A stretch of 63,016 bases of DNA, counting the filler, from Phoronis australis (taxonomy: Eukaryota > Animalia > Phoronida), in assembly GCA_002633005.1 (NCBI GenBank). It is 10 parts of 10 records of this genome, joined end to end, with 100 filler letters (N's around TTAATTAATTAA, not from the genome) between each part and the next. Parts side by side here need not be neighbours in the genome. Positions count along the whole stretch, not along the records: positions 13,705 to 29,503 come from NMRA01001520.1; positions 29,604 to 33,180 come from NMRA01002949.1; positions 33,281 to 38,470 come from NMRA01002399.1; 7 more parts are not named here. One strand, 5' to 3'. Below, piece by piece: positions 25,430-38,242 of the stretch (position 1 is its first letter; each line of letters opens with the position of its first letter). The position numbers and the translations under genes are program-made. The notes beneath the pieces are model-generated. The model had not been told where the DNA came from. It was given only the letters and a program-made list of their open reading frames with translations, and did not search any database.

Positions 25430-27666
25430 AAAAAGTGAAACAGATAGAGTGTAAAAGAAAACATTACAAAACTTTGAAATCAGCTGTGGAGAGTAAAGAC
25501 AGTAAAAAATTCTGGCGCGCATTTAATATTAAGAAGAAAGGTGTATCAACGAATATTAAACCGGAGGAATGGATAAATTATTTCAGCTCTCTGTTCGAAG
25601 GCCAATATTTTGTTACTAATCCGGAGTTCGCTGAGTTTCATGCTTTTATTGAGAACTCAGTAAAAAATGACATCAATTCAAGTAATGCAGTTGTTGATGT
25701 GGAGTTGGACGCTGAAATCACAAAAGAAGAAATTATACAAACCATCGGTAGTATGAAAGATGGAACTTCGCCAGGATGTGATAAAATTAGCATTGAGTTC
25801 TACAAGTATGCTGATAAAAAGTTGGTAGATTCGCTGTTCCAGCTATACAGCTACTTTTTTAAAAATGGTGTGTTTCCAAAAGAATGGACAAAATCCATTA
25901 TAGTACCGATATTTAAGGGCGATACCAAAATTCCTGAAAATTTCAGAGGAATATCCCTCATGCAAGTCACGGCCAAAATATTCGAAAAAATATTGTGCCA
26001 GTGACTTCAAAAATGGTCGGAAAGAGAAAACGTAATTAGTATGTCTCAAGCTGCGTTTAGGAAAGGACACAGTACGGTGGATCACATGTTTGCTTTATAT
26101 ACGTTAATAATTAAATATTTGACACATGAGAAAGGTAGATTCTATTGTGCTTTTGTGGATTTTAAGGCAGCTTATGACAGTATATATAGAAGCGCATTGT
26201 ATTTTAAATTAAGAAACAATCGCATGGAAGGTAAGATGTATAAGATAATCAAAGCAATGTACGCTGAAGTAAAAGCATCCGTGAGAATGAGTAACGGAAG
26301 CTACACGGAGTTCTTTGATTGTCATAATGGTCTAAAACAAGGCTCTCAGCTATCACCGTTTTTGTTTATTTTATTTATAAACGATCTCGAACAAGAATTA
26401 GAATCCGGTGGAGGTGAAACAATTTCCATGGGATCAGCTGAATTATTGCATCTGCTGTTTGCTGATGATTTGGTTTTATTTTCTTAAAGTGTGAAAGGAC
26501 TGCAGAAAAAATTGAACATTTTATATGAGTATAGTCAGAAATGGAAATTGATTGTTAACATGTCGAAGACTAAGATGATTGTTTTCAGAAAAGGTGGAAT
26601 GTTACGATCGTATGAAAAATGGATGTATGATGGGAATACTGTTAATATTGTAAATGCATATAAATATCTAGGATTAATGTTTACTACGAGAGGTTCGTGG
26701 TCTTACGCACAGAAAACTCTATCATTACAGGCTACTAAGGCAGTGAATTTAATGAGAAAAAGTGTCAATGGTTTTAATGCACTCCCTGTTAAAGTTAGTT
26801 TAAAATTATTCGATTGTAAAATATTGCCGATACTTCATTATGGCTGTGAGATCTGGGGTTTTAGTGATTGCGAATGTATTGAAATAGTCCACACAAAATT
26901 TTGTAAAGAAATTTTAAATTTGCCTAGCACAGCAATTTCATCGACTGCTAGAGGTGAGATGGGTCGTTACTCCTTGATTGCTTACCGACTTCCTAGAATT
27001 ATGAAATATTGGTTAAAACTATTAAAAACCGATGAGTCAAAAATTACCTATCATCGCTATGAATGGCAGTACAATATGATGGAAAATGTTAATATACCGT
27101 GCTGGGTTAATGATGTTAAGAAATTGCTATTTCAGTTTGGTTTTGGAGAAGCATGGTATAATCAGGGTGTAGGTTCCGAGACAAGCTTCACATCACTTTT
27201 TAAACAAAAATGCAAAGATATTGATCAGCAAAAATGGCAAGATATTTTGAACAATTCGATTAAGCTGGAAACTTACATAACTTTTAAGTTAAATATATGT
27301 TTTGAAAACTATTTAGATGTAATTGACAATGTAAATGTTAGATCTGATATGGTGAGATTGAGATGTTCAGCGCATGCACTAATGATTGAAAAGGGTAGAC
27401 AATTGAAACTTAGCAGAACAGAAAGGTTATGCCCTCTCTTTGTTAGGACATATGTCGAGTCAGAATATCATTTTGTTATCGAATGCCCATTCTACGATGA
27501 CCTTAGGAAACGATATTTGCGTGCATGGAGCTACAACAATCCCAATGTTACAAAATTCAACAGACTCATGACTATGGAGGTAAAAGATCTTATTTATTGG
27601 TCAACATGTAAACATGTTCATTTCGCATTCAAGCGAAGAAGAATTCGGTTTACTTCTAGTGTTTGA
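25430..27666 (+). pseudogene. Non-LTR retrotransposon ORF2 (reverse transcriptase + C-terminal Cys/His region), RTE-X-like, with two in-frame stops
   Basis: Motifs SPGCD, NFRGISL, QAAFRKGHST, FVDFKAAYD, GLKQGSQLSP, LLFADD, YKYLG and ERLCPL...EYHFVIECPFY. Three ORF-track pieces share one frame, broken by TGA at 26002 and TAA at 26485. The clade assignment is inference. Confidence 0.9.
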
Positions 27667-27960
27667 CACTTACCTTTATTGTATTTGATGATGATTTGAT
27701 TGTAACAAGGGCCGGAGGCCTAGTTATTGAATATATATATGTATATGTATATATNGCTACAACAATCCCAATGTTACAAAATTCCACAGACTCATGACTA
27801 TGGAGGAAAAAGATCTTATATGGTCAACATGTTAATATGTTCATTTCGCATTCAAGCGAAGAATTCGGTTTACTTCTAGTGTTTGACACTTACCTTTATT
27901 GTATTTGATGATTTGATTGTAACAAGGGCCGGAGGCCTAGTTATTGAATAAATATATATA
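27667..27960 (+). repeat. LINE 3' UTR with GGCC-GGA-GGCC hairpin and (TA)n tail, present twice around an N
   Basis: 27757-27960 repeats the ORF2 end and UTR with small differences. AATAAA precedes the (TA)n tail in the second copy. Confidence 0.75.
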
Positions 27961-27969
27961 TTAATTAGA

Positions 27970-28450
27970 ACGTATGGAGAAGGGGCAGTGAAAATGATGA
28001 ATATATATTTTTTTAAAAAGGCTATTAGATTTCATGGATAAAAAGACTACTTAACTCTTAATCAAAACAGGTGAGTTTATTTGAACTTGAAACAGGGATT
28101 GCAAAGTTAAACATAATGAATTTTGGAAATGATAATATCAAAACTCTTACTGTAGTAGCCAGTCCTTTTTTTGGAACGAAGTTCTAAACAATGAGCTATA
28201 TACCTCATTGTTCTAAGTAACTGGACATTTTTCATAGGTGAACAGTCCCATAAAGATGCGAATGATTTACTATCAACAAGTTTATGGCATAATGATGAAA
28301 TACTAATAGACAGAAAATCTATCTTCTTTAGCAAGTATGCTAGTGGTGGTGTTCTTTTTATTAATGACCTACGTGATGAAAATAACAGGTTTTACTCATT
28401 TACTGAATTTAAAAGGATCTCTAATATACCTACACACTTTTTGTAATATT
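27970..28450 (+). pseudogene. Decayed L1/Tx1-like ORF2 C-terminal fragment
   Basis: LSTSLWHNDEILIDRKSIFFSKYASGGVLFINDLRDENNRFYSFTEFKRISNIPTHFL*Y resembles the LWxNxxI...GIxxIxDL...FxSxxEF region of L1/Tx1 ORF2. Confidence 0.6.
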
Positions 28451-29007
28451 GTTCTCTGGCGTAGCAAGACGTATCCTCGGCACAAAGCGGTATACTAAAT
28501 AATACACAGCTTTGCGCCAATGTGGGTAAAAAAACTGACCAGATAAAATCTGACACAAAATTAGTGTCATGAAAAACTACCCTCTCCCTTGAGTACACTA
28601 AATTATTTGGCGTTCTACCGTTATTCTGCTGCTAAAATTGTGGTACGATCTTTTGCGTCGATTGGCTTTGGGCGCCATGAAATATTGTGTCTCCTATTGG
28701 CCAGTTTCTTTTTTGCCGATTTTTCAGTCAACTTTTGTTCTTTCACGAGGTTGTGTACACGTCACAACGAATCAGCGCAATTTGTTTCACTTCATTATAA
28801 GTTCTTAATATTTTAATACCAATAAACCGAATAACAGAACAAATTTCGCTGCTGCGAAGCTGATCTCCCGAGAGATGTCGCAAAATTTTAGGAAATGACG
28901 CGCGCGCGTCACGAGAGTGCTGTTTTCAAAACGACGACATACCTTTCTTTCATTCANGTCCGCCCCAGAGAAACAAAAAGTCCGAGAAAACGAGATGAAA
29001 GTCCACA

Positions 29008-29092
29008 GGAATTCGGCGCGAATGCACAAATCATAGGAATTCGGCGCGAATGCACAAATCATAGGAATTCGGCGCGAATGCACAAATCATAG
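29008..29092. repeat. 28-bp tandem repeat x3 inside a MITE-like repeat related to 37993-38242
   Basis: GGAATTCGGCGCGAATGCACAAATCATA x3. The flanks match 38055-38242. Confidence 0.85.
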
Positions 29093-29603
29093 GTCTGAAC
29101 CTAGTACCCCGTTTTTTATACCCCGCTTTCTTTTTCACTAAAAGGTCCACATATCGAAAAATTCGAGCCTTCCTATATTTTAGGTTGGGTGTGCGCATGA
29201 GAATTATACAAGAAAATGACGTTTATTAGATTGTTTTTCACTTAAACAGCTAACGGGCAAGGTGAGTGTCGGTTGATTCCCAGATTTTGCATGCATCCCC
29301 GTTGTTCTTTATCTCTACATGCTTATACTCGTTTCACGGCCATGTGACGAGTAGACAGTGACCACTGCCTCTAGCTGGCCAGTAGAGACGGAGCTTCATA
29401 CGCCGAAAGCTATTCGGCGAATTATGCCTCGCACTGATTAAAACAACTAGGTGATGTCTATGAGATAGACGAATCGTATAACGCATTAACGGTTATCGTC
29501 TTCNNNNNNNNNNNNNNNNNNNNNNNNNNNNNNNNNNNNNNNNNNNNTTAATTAATTAANNNNNNNNNNNNNNNNNNNNNNNNNNNNNNNNNNNNNNNNN
29601 NNN

Positions 29604-31421
29604 TATAAGTTGGCAAATGTTGGGGCATTATTTTTGCGCATAGGTGCATGAATTGACATGTCTGAATTATCGCATTGCTTAATGATAATCTGTCTTGAAA
29701 AAAATTCTTAATTTGTTTGTGTCCAAGTTCATTGGTATGCAAAAGTGACTCTTGGATTGGTGCTGTTGCTCTAGGTCTTTTGTTGAAAGGGTTTGTAGCA
29801 GCTAAGGCCTTGCGGACGAGAAGACCTTCAATTCATGGAAAGTGTAAAAAGGAAACTCTCGACATTATTTTCTCACAGTTTAATTCCTGGCTTTCGTGGC
29901 TTCATTGTGAAACTATGTACTCCCACAGCGGTAAGTTTGTTCAGCTATATGATATCTCAGATGCAATGAGAGTGTCCACCTCCATAAAGTTGACGTGGTT
30001 TTGGTATTACCGATGATGCCACCTCCGTTTTGCTTGCCCCATTTACCCATTGGTCAGAATCTACCTGACAGAGCATATGAGGAGATCGCTTGACTACAAA
30101 ATTTCTTGCTGGAACCTCTGACCAAACAGACTGTGGAAGCTGATGCATCTCGACTAAAAAGACCGCACCCTGCTCGGGCATAATTTGGTGGGGCGGCATG
30201 AGAGTAAATGAATAGAGATGCAGTTCCAAAAATGCCATCCCGTTGAGAGCACGTGTACTTTAACAGTATTGGAACCATGTCCTTGTAACTCTACCAGAAG
30301 CTGAAATTCACATCATCAGACCTAATGTTGACAAAATGCCCAGGAGTTTCCAGAACTTATCCTGACTGAGAAATGTTATCAATTTCGGAATTTTCTGTGG
30401 ATCATCATCTGCAGACATACTGGAAATACAAGCATGACAGTCGCTTCTGCAATGAATGAGAGAAGGCTTGGCACCAGGAGATTCCACAGAGCTTGCAAAG
30501 ACAGTTTGTGTGCCCTCATACTGTAGCTTTGCTGTACGACTTTCCACTGAGGACCAGTTCNGTCGTGACCAAGTACTGCACTCTCTATACACACTTCAGC
30601 TATTCCGGAATCACTCATGTGATCTTCTGTGGCCTTGATGAAGTTCACTGATACATGAAAAACCACTAAACGAGGTACTGTATTAACATATTTTGGTATT
30701 CTGGGACCGACCACGTAAGCTCCATTAATCTGCAGCAGAGTGCTTGGTCGACTATGAGGACGGTATGTTCCTGTCCAAAATGGGACGATATGGCCATGCA
30801 TCTCTTTACAACAGTATCTAAAAGTCATGTTGTTATGTTTACAATACTTTTATGTCTTATGTAAATAGTGAGATGTTTGCAAAAAAGCATTGATAATTAT
30901 GATTTCTAATTTAATTTTCAGGCTTTATTAATGAGCATAAATTGTAACTTAGTGAAGATGAAATAAAAAGCTTCACATGTGTCATAATGATTTTCTAGAC
31001 CTTCAAAACATAGGTATAGACACTTTATTTGTCATGTTTGCCTGTAAATTGATAAAGTTACACCAATATTTGAATTTTTCGGTAATGGCGGAAGCTAATT
31101 AGCATACTTGGGGAATTTAATGACGTTCATTAATAAGTTCTCAAAATTAAGTGATCTAAACACACTTATACTGTGTTTTTGTAGCACAAATTTCCTAATT
31201 ATTCGTCACATACTGTACTCCTGGTCCCACGAATGTTTCTGATCTTGTTGATTTGGCGGCCATTTTGTTTATGCAAATTAGATGGTCAAAAACTCAAGAT
31301 CCAGCTTGGGAACAGGCATAATCGAAATCAGCACACCATAATTATGCTAAAAACATAGGTTCTCCACTTTTACTTAAAAATGCCTCTAACATGCACATTT
31401 TTCAGAAATGCGTCTAGACTA
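29604..31421 (-). mobile_element. Decayed Academ-like DNA transposon
   Basis: Frameshifted minus-strand peptides GQEHTVLIVDQALCCRLMELTWSVPEY, HMSDSGIAEVCIES, MRAHKLSLQALW and HQLPQSVWSE...NFVVKRS...QVDSDQ fit the Academ transposase family as I recall it. The terminus reads TAGTCTAGACG at 31421, and Academ ends begin with TAG. Confidence 0.65.
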
Positions 31422-31597
31422 CATCCACTGTAGGGTCATTCATACTCTTTTAAGCTTACTGCATTTTGAGAACCAGTTTTCTCCACTGAATAACGGTACC
31501 AAACCTGTTCTCAAAATTCAGGACCCTTAGTGACTTTTGCCTTGCCTCTAAGTGCGTTGCATCTAAATTCATTGAAATACATAATTCTAATTCATAG

Positions 31598-31771
31598 GTG
31601 TCTGATGAGGAGTACGACGCCCTGGGTGAGAACATTATCATCAAAATGTTGCCATTTGGGTCAGCACGTATGGCTCGAGTGGTAACGCATATTGACGTAA
31701 GCTTTGAAGATGTGCTCAAGGCAGAAACCAAGCTGAAATACGTGATACAGGAGTACACAAGCATGATGTGA
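31598..31771 (+). CDS. L-threonine aldolase (THA1/GLY1-like), terminal exon
   Basis: tag|VSDEEYDALGENIIIKMLPFGSARMARVVTHIDVSFEDVLKAETKLKYVIQEYTSMM* carries the animal threonine aldolase C-terminal R.V.H.DVS..D motif. Not in the ORF track. Confidence 0.75.
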   Translation: MSDEEYDALGENIIIKMLPFGSARMARVVTHIDVSFEDVLKAETKLKYVIQEYTSMM

Positions 31772-34519
31772 TGAGAGTTATTGTGTCTGTGAAGACGCAA
31801 TCACGAAACGGTGTTGAAAATCCGAGGTTCTGGAACCAACAGTATAAAACAGATAGTCTAAAAGTTGTTTTTTCCTTCCATTTATTCATTTAATGTGGGA
31901 TGCATTTCATTGATGCAAAACTCTAAAATCCAAGACCACGCAAAATCGCTTATGTGAAACTTGACAGTTTTGCAAAAATGCTTAGAAGCAAAGTTGCTGC
32001 CACTGAAGTGATTGGTTTTGTTCAGTGATGTTGGAATGTTAAATTATGTGATAAAATTCAGTCTTTTGAATTAAATAAGTGGATATTTCTCAATGCAAGT
32101 TCTTTGTGAATTTCCTGGGACAACTTAAGTGATATGACTATTGAACCAGATTTAGAAAGTTTCTTTGCCACGATAATACAGGCTTCCACTCAGTTGAAAT
32201 AGGATTTTCCCGGATATATGTCCCCTTTGTCTTGGAGGTAGGAAAAATGTGTTGTCACATTGTCTTCGTTTCAGAAATCTCGGCTGATTCTAGGAATCGT
32301 GTCGGAAAATATCTTATCGATGGGTAATTCGTAAATTTATCCAAGGTTCTGCTGTCAGAGTTTTAGCCCACAACACAGCAGCAAAACTGCCATTAGAAGA
32401 CTGAATACAATTATTGCAGTCAAGAAAAATTTGAAAAAAGCAAGACACCAACAAATAACATGAGAAACTCCAGTGGCATAAAAATGAGGCCAGACAACTG
32501 CTTGATGTATGGTGCAGCATTGTAGGTAAATACCACGAGATTCAAGTGTTGCTGCATAATCCAGGATTGTCCTACTAAACGATGACCTGGAACTGAGTTG
32601 GAATGGTCAAATTAGGCAAAAACTGTCCTATCTTAAATTTTTCCAAAGCCTTTTTTACTCGTTCATGCATTGAGATATATTCTTCGTATAACTGGACAGC
32701 AGTGTCTCTCTGGTCTTCTTTAAAGCAATATAACTAAAGTTCTGTCATCGCAAGGAAAATTATGAGACCTCGTTTCAATTTTGGTTTAGATTTTTCGGAC
32801 ATCTTGAAAATGCAGTAATAGTCACTTACGGGGGGCCCGTAGTATGAGAACCAGTTTTACCCACTGAATAACAGGCATCAAACTGGTTCTCAAAATTGGG
32901 AGGTGACTATTGCTGGAAATACAATTGAAGCTGGCAAGCTGTACCGTTGTGTGGAATCAATATAATTGATGTAATCGTGCTGTTTTTTTTTTCTGTATGT
33001 AGGCACAGAATATGTCAAATATCATGCTTTATTAGAAGTATATTAGTATATGAGGTTTTCTCTGTGCAGAGGTCATTTTCTTGTTAAAAGCGAGTGAAAA
33101 AACTTTATGTATTTTAATCAGACTTCTTGGTCTCATGATTTAGCACTATGTAACATCACCAAAACTCTCACACAGTTGGTNNNNNNNNNNNNNNNNNNNN
33201 NNNNNNNNNNNNNNNNNNNNNNNNTTAATTAATTAANNNNNNNNNNNNNNNNNNNNNNNNNNNNNNNNNNNNNNNNNNNNCCAAGTAACACCATTGGAAA
33301 ACTGCACTCTGAAATTATACCATTTTTCGAACTGCTAGATTTTGCTAAAAGTACCACTGTTGACATCATCTTACCTTCAGTGTTGCAGTTCTTCTGCTGT
33401 TCGCTAAGATTTCAGACATTGCTGCAAGCTGAACAGCGCCCCCTATTAACAGGAATAGCTCTTCGCAAATTTTTTTGTTTCCACGCCTCTTCTTTTTGTT
33501 TGTACTTTCACTTTCTTGTCGGTTCTGCCCAGTCTGTTGCACGTCAAAAAGCATGGTTTTGCTGTCAATACGATAAATTCTCACCAGTTTAGGACACCAT
33601 ATGGCAAACATGAATTTTTTTTTCCGTTTATTCTGTAAAAGATACGCAACATCAAATTAATGTTTTTCCATGTTCTGTACCCTAGCTACTGCTAGAGTTA
33701 ATAGCTCCATTGATGTAGGCAGGAATAGGATTAGAAAAAATTCCCCTGTTGTGGCCTTCAACAGCTACCATAGAATGCAGGTTGTCTTGTTTGTGAATGT
33801 GTTTTGAACACAACACCCCAACACACTGTTGTTGGATATTAATGTTGATAATTCTTTATAGTATATTAGTTATTCAAGAGTATTATTGTTCAAGTTTATC
33901 TCGTAAGTATTACAGACTCGGCCCTTAACAGATTCAAGGGCAATTAGTCAACATGTGATTTAAATAAAATTTCTGATACACGATTTTCATGTTTCTGTTT
34001 TGTTAAAAGCCACCGTTAATGGTTGCTGTTTGGGACAATTCTGGACTTTTGGGGTACATACTGGGCGCTTGGTGCCATAATCGGGGCACCCAAGAGGTAG
34101 CCCGGTAAAACTTAGGATCTCAGACAAGGAGGGATATGGTATTCCAAAACCGGAGACGAGTTGTATTTCGAGAGTATGATAAAACCTCGCCAATTTGGGA
34201 CACAACATGGCCGACAACTGAAATTTTATTTCATTCCGTGGAACGTGTGTACAGTGCAAATCAAATCTTACCTCGTAAAATTACCCGTTATTTTGTCTAA
34301 CTCTCACGACCGGGCGTCAATTTGAGCGATATGACTATGACTTGTACTACAGCACAAATTTCAGTGCTTGGAATTTTCCTATTTTGGTTTCAATTTCTTC
34401 TTATTCGATCATTTCCTGTTTTTCATTTCTTTTTTATCATTCTTTTGGCTTTATTCATCCAAAAAAAAACGTTACTTGCATTTAAGTTATACAACACAAA
34501 AATATTTCTATCACTCATT

Positions 34520-34669
34520 CAGGGGCGGATCCAGGATTTTGAGTTAGAGGGGGCCAGGGCAGAGTATTAGGCAGGATTTTGCCCGTCAGACATTCGCACC
34601 CCCGAACTGCCAAATGGAGTCTGGGAGAATTTTAGGGGGGGGCAGGGCCCCCCTCTTAATCCACCAGTG
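34520..34669. mobile_element. Short MITE with imperfect TIRs (CAGGGGCGGATCC...TAATCCACCAGTG)
   Basis: GC-rich inverted termini in AT-rich context. No clear TSD. Confidence 0.5.
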
Positions 34670-35928
34670 GATATATCACCTGAAAAAAATCCCTTTTTTG
34701 TCATCGGTTACTCCATGCCCTAGTTTTCCGTACTCAGTCATCTTCAGTAAAAATGATGTGCATTATTAAAAATGAAACAGGTATTCATGCCTTATCAGAA
34801 ATTCCCTGAGGAAACGAGACTGCCGGTCCTATCGGACTTATTCTTAGATCTGTGGCACCCTTTGGGTCTTAATTTCAACACCATTACAATTTTACCCAAC
34901 TTCTACTTTCAGTAGCATTACGGAGGGAGTGCCGGAGGGAGAGAGAGAGGGGGGGGGNNNNNNNNNNNNNNNNNNNNNNNNNNNNNNNNNNNNNNNNNNN
35001 NNNNNNNNNNNNNNNNNNNNNNNNNNNNNNNNNNNNNNNNNNNNNNNNNNNNNNNNNNNNNNNNNNNNNNNNNNNNNNNNNNNNNNNNNNNNNNNNNNNN
35101 NNNNNNNNNNNNNNNNNNNNNNNNNNNNNNNNNNNNNNNNNNNNNNNNNNNNNNNNNNNNNNNNNNNNNNNNNNNNNNNNNNNNTGCATTATCTCGTAAC
35201 ACTTAAAATTTGGGATTAAGGTGGGAGACCTTTATAGGGTTCATGACTCCATCATGAAAGCTTCTATACGTAAATAAGCTAATGAAATGACAGATAAATC
35301 ATAAATAGTAACTAAACGATACAAAAGGAAGGGAGATATGAGATGTGTTGAGAGTAATCGAAGTAGACGAGACCAAGCGGACCCGGATGTGGGCAGGCAC
35401 AACTCTGGGATATTTGTAAGATCAGTGTTTCTAGGTTTTATTACATATGAAGCAGTTGGGAATGTGACAAACTTGATGGTAGTTGGTTATTATGAAATTG
35501 ATTATAAGCCGGGAGAGTGCGTAGAGAACGTTTTATCTTATTTAGAACGTATATTGGTATTTCGTTGCATTTTCTATAGTCTAAGATGTAACTAAGATGA
35601 GGGATTGCAAATATCATACACGTTGTCAATGCTAATTAGTTGGGTGGGCGATAAAATGTTTGGGTTGTATTTCTAAAATGCTGGCGGAATTGGATTCAAG
35701 CACGTGGGAGTTCTGTAACAGGTCTAGTTATATGCTTGATACAGAGAGGTCGCTAGTGCACAACTTCTCAATGTACCTGATTACTGATTGAGGAATCAGT
35801 GTATGCGTGCCTTGATTGATGATAGTCGTAAGAGGTTTGATTACAAAGGGACTGCTTAGTTGAATAATTTTTGTGATAATTAGTCGTGAACAGTGCTTTG
35901 TTTCGCGTCAACGTCCCTTATAATATCT

Positions 35929-36001
35929 CATGGGCGGCGCAGCATAGGGGCCTAGGGGGCTATAGCCCGGCCCTAAGTTTTTCAGTGCTGTGCCGCCCAT
36001 G
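35929..36001. mobile_element. Small inverted-repeat element (CATGGGCGGCGCAGCA...TGCTGTGCCGCCCATG)
   Basis: About 16-bp TIRs, with another copy's start immediately downstream. Confidence 0.5.
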
Positions 36002-37992
36002 GTTTATGGGCGGTGCACCATAGGGGGGCTGGGNTTGGAAAAGAACTTAATTTTTGAATCGGAAACAGGAAAGAAATCCAGTTTACTTCCTTATTCGGGT
36101 AGGTCACTGGTTTTAGTGTCATCGGCACGTTAGAGACATTGGTAATCCGAATACACGCTATTTCAAAAAAAACATTACTATGAAATGTTTTGTTTTTTAA
36201 TTTCTTGATTTTTTACTCGACTTTCATAAATTTTATCCTAGTTTCACGAATAGTTGATTAATTTGCTAACTTGTAATATCAAAATCCCCACATAAAAAGC
36301 TAAAATTTGGACAATGAAGTCCAAAGACTTGTTTCCGCCGTTTCTACTGTGTTTCTACTTAAAGACTTTTGTATCGTATCTTTGAAGCTCGCTTGACTAT
36401 TGAAAAGAAAATGTATTCAATAATTTTAATGTTATAAAATGAAATAAGTGTGTTCATATTTGGAGGACGCGTGGGTTCACTTGGGAGTAGTGGGGACTCC
36501 ACTCGAAATGTCGAGTTTTTACTTTCGCTCCCACGCGCATGATGAGACAGCAGAGATAAATTCGAAATTCGCCTTGTCGTTAATGAAGTTGCCCTATCCT
36601 GGAGTGCCGCAGGTGATGCACAAAAATACTGCACTATCGACTCACGTAATGCATACATGTATACGTCTGTAACTGAAGAGATGAGCTCGCAACAAAATAA
36701 ATCATAATCATGTCAGTTATCGATTTAAAACTTGTTGGATTAAGAATTGCATTACCACTTTCTTGCAATCATATTTCGCGAACATTTAGTAAGTAACTGC
36801 TCAAACGAGTAGACGGGAATCTAATTAGTACATTGTGAAAAAAGGGCTCGTGAGGATTGCGACACGAAAACGCTGACTCTTACGGTCACGTCCTTGAACT
36901 TGTTTATCGACCGTCTTCTCTTAAGAAAAATGCTCTTTCATTTTATGCAGAATGCTATATGAAAAAAATATCATTGTGTGGAAAAATTACAACAAACTTA
37001 ATAATATTGTAAAACCTGCAGCTCAAGGGTAGGCCAAGTTTATCACAAACGAAGAGTCCACGTGAAATCACTCTTTTCGAAACACTCATTTGAATGGCCC
37101 GTTTGTCCAGTTTTTCTCTCTTTGCCCAATTCTTTTGTTTCCAAACGAAATCGGAACTATTGGGGTGTTGAACTCCCGACACGATGTAGAAATTACGCGC
37201 TTGTCTGTAGAAAGAATTGTAAAACGCTGGAACAGGGAATTTTTGTGGTAAGGCATTTTTGCGCCAAATTGATATATTACAAGCACCATACTCCGGTTCA
37301 CGATGGTCAAATGTATGTTATTACACCTGCACAGTGAAAGTCAAATTTTATTTTGATCACATTCATTTCTGTTACGTAATTGCGACGTTTATTTCTCTCC
37401 ATGTCGTTTTGCAGTACATACACTATGATGTTTTGTACACACTGTATATCGCTGATGAATTTTTATTCACACTACCGGCAGTGAGCCCTGATTTACTGTT
37501 ATCTGGTGATTAAACGGCTTTATAAGTGCCGCGTTCGTCGGACCACCTAACCAAATAGCAGCTGTCCACCCAAAGAATTGATATCGCCGTGGCTGGTCGA
37601 AAGTTACGTAGAATATCACCCGAAAGCTTATCCGTGATGAACAATGGCGTGCCGTCCATATTGGAAGAAAGAATGTCCATTTGTGTCCGGCTTGGTCACG
37701 GAGTCTGCAATAGAATTTTATATTCAATATTTTTTAAGCACTGAGTCACAGATAGTGAAGGCCATGCCCATACGATTTTTTCTTGTTAATTTAAAAAAGT
37801 TTATCCTCGCATATCCTTTTCGGTCTTTCCCGTCAACACGAATACGCCAGTGGACCAGAACTGAAAACGTAACATTTTATAACTACAACAGTGAAATGTG
37901 AGCCTTTTAAAAATTGTATTTTCATTCGTCCACATGAACACAAGTGAATGCGACTTTTTCAAACAAATCCACTCTGGCGATGGTTCTCAAAA

Positions 37993-38242
37993 CATGCGCG
38001 CACCCAAGGGGAGGCTCGGGGGGGCTCAAACGAGCCCNGGAGAAGTGGGCAAAAAGGTCCACCTCAGGGAAACAAAGAGTCCAAGAAAACGAGACAAAAG
38101 TCCACTAAAAATGCGCAGACGCACAGTGGAGGTGGTGGTACCCCGTTTTTATTCTTAGTCCTCCGACCCGCTTTTTTCGTCAGCAAAAGGTCCACATGGT
38201 CAGAAGTTCGAGCCCTCATATTAAAGAATGGATGTGCGCATG
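37993..38242. mobile_element. hAT-like MITE (TIR CATGCGCRCAYCCA), with a related copy at about 28958-29199
   Basis: CATGCGCGCACCCAA...TGGATGTGCGCATG, with internal similarity to a copy on another scaffold. Confidence 0.55.

Noticed and set aside
26002-26487. Programmed readthrough, selenocysteine or an alternative genetic code in the RT ORF
   Set aside because: Two different stops (TGA and TAA) in a transposon copy, while host genes use standard stops. Simple decay is sufficient.
33375-34070. Possible 5' exons of a minus-strand gene (…MSEILANSRRTATLK|gtaag)
   Set aside because: The splice signals are plausible, but there is no recognisable product or independent support.
35220-35880. Decayed minus-strand LINE fragment
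   Set aside because: Only faint resemblance, with no diagnostic motif I can read with confidence.
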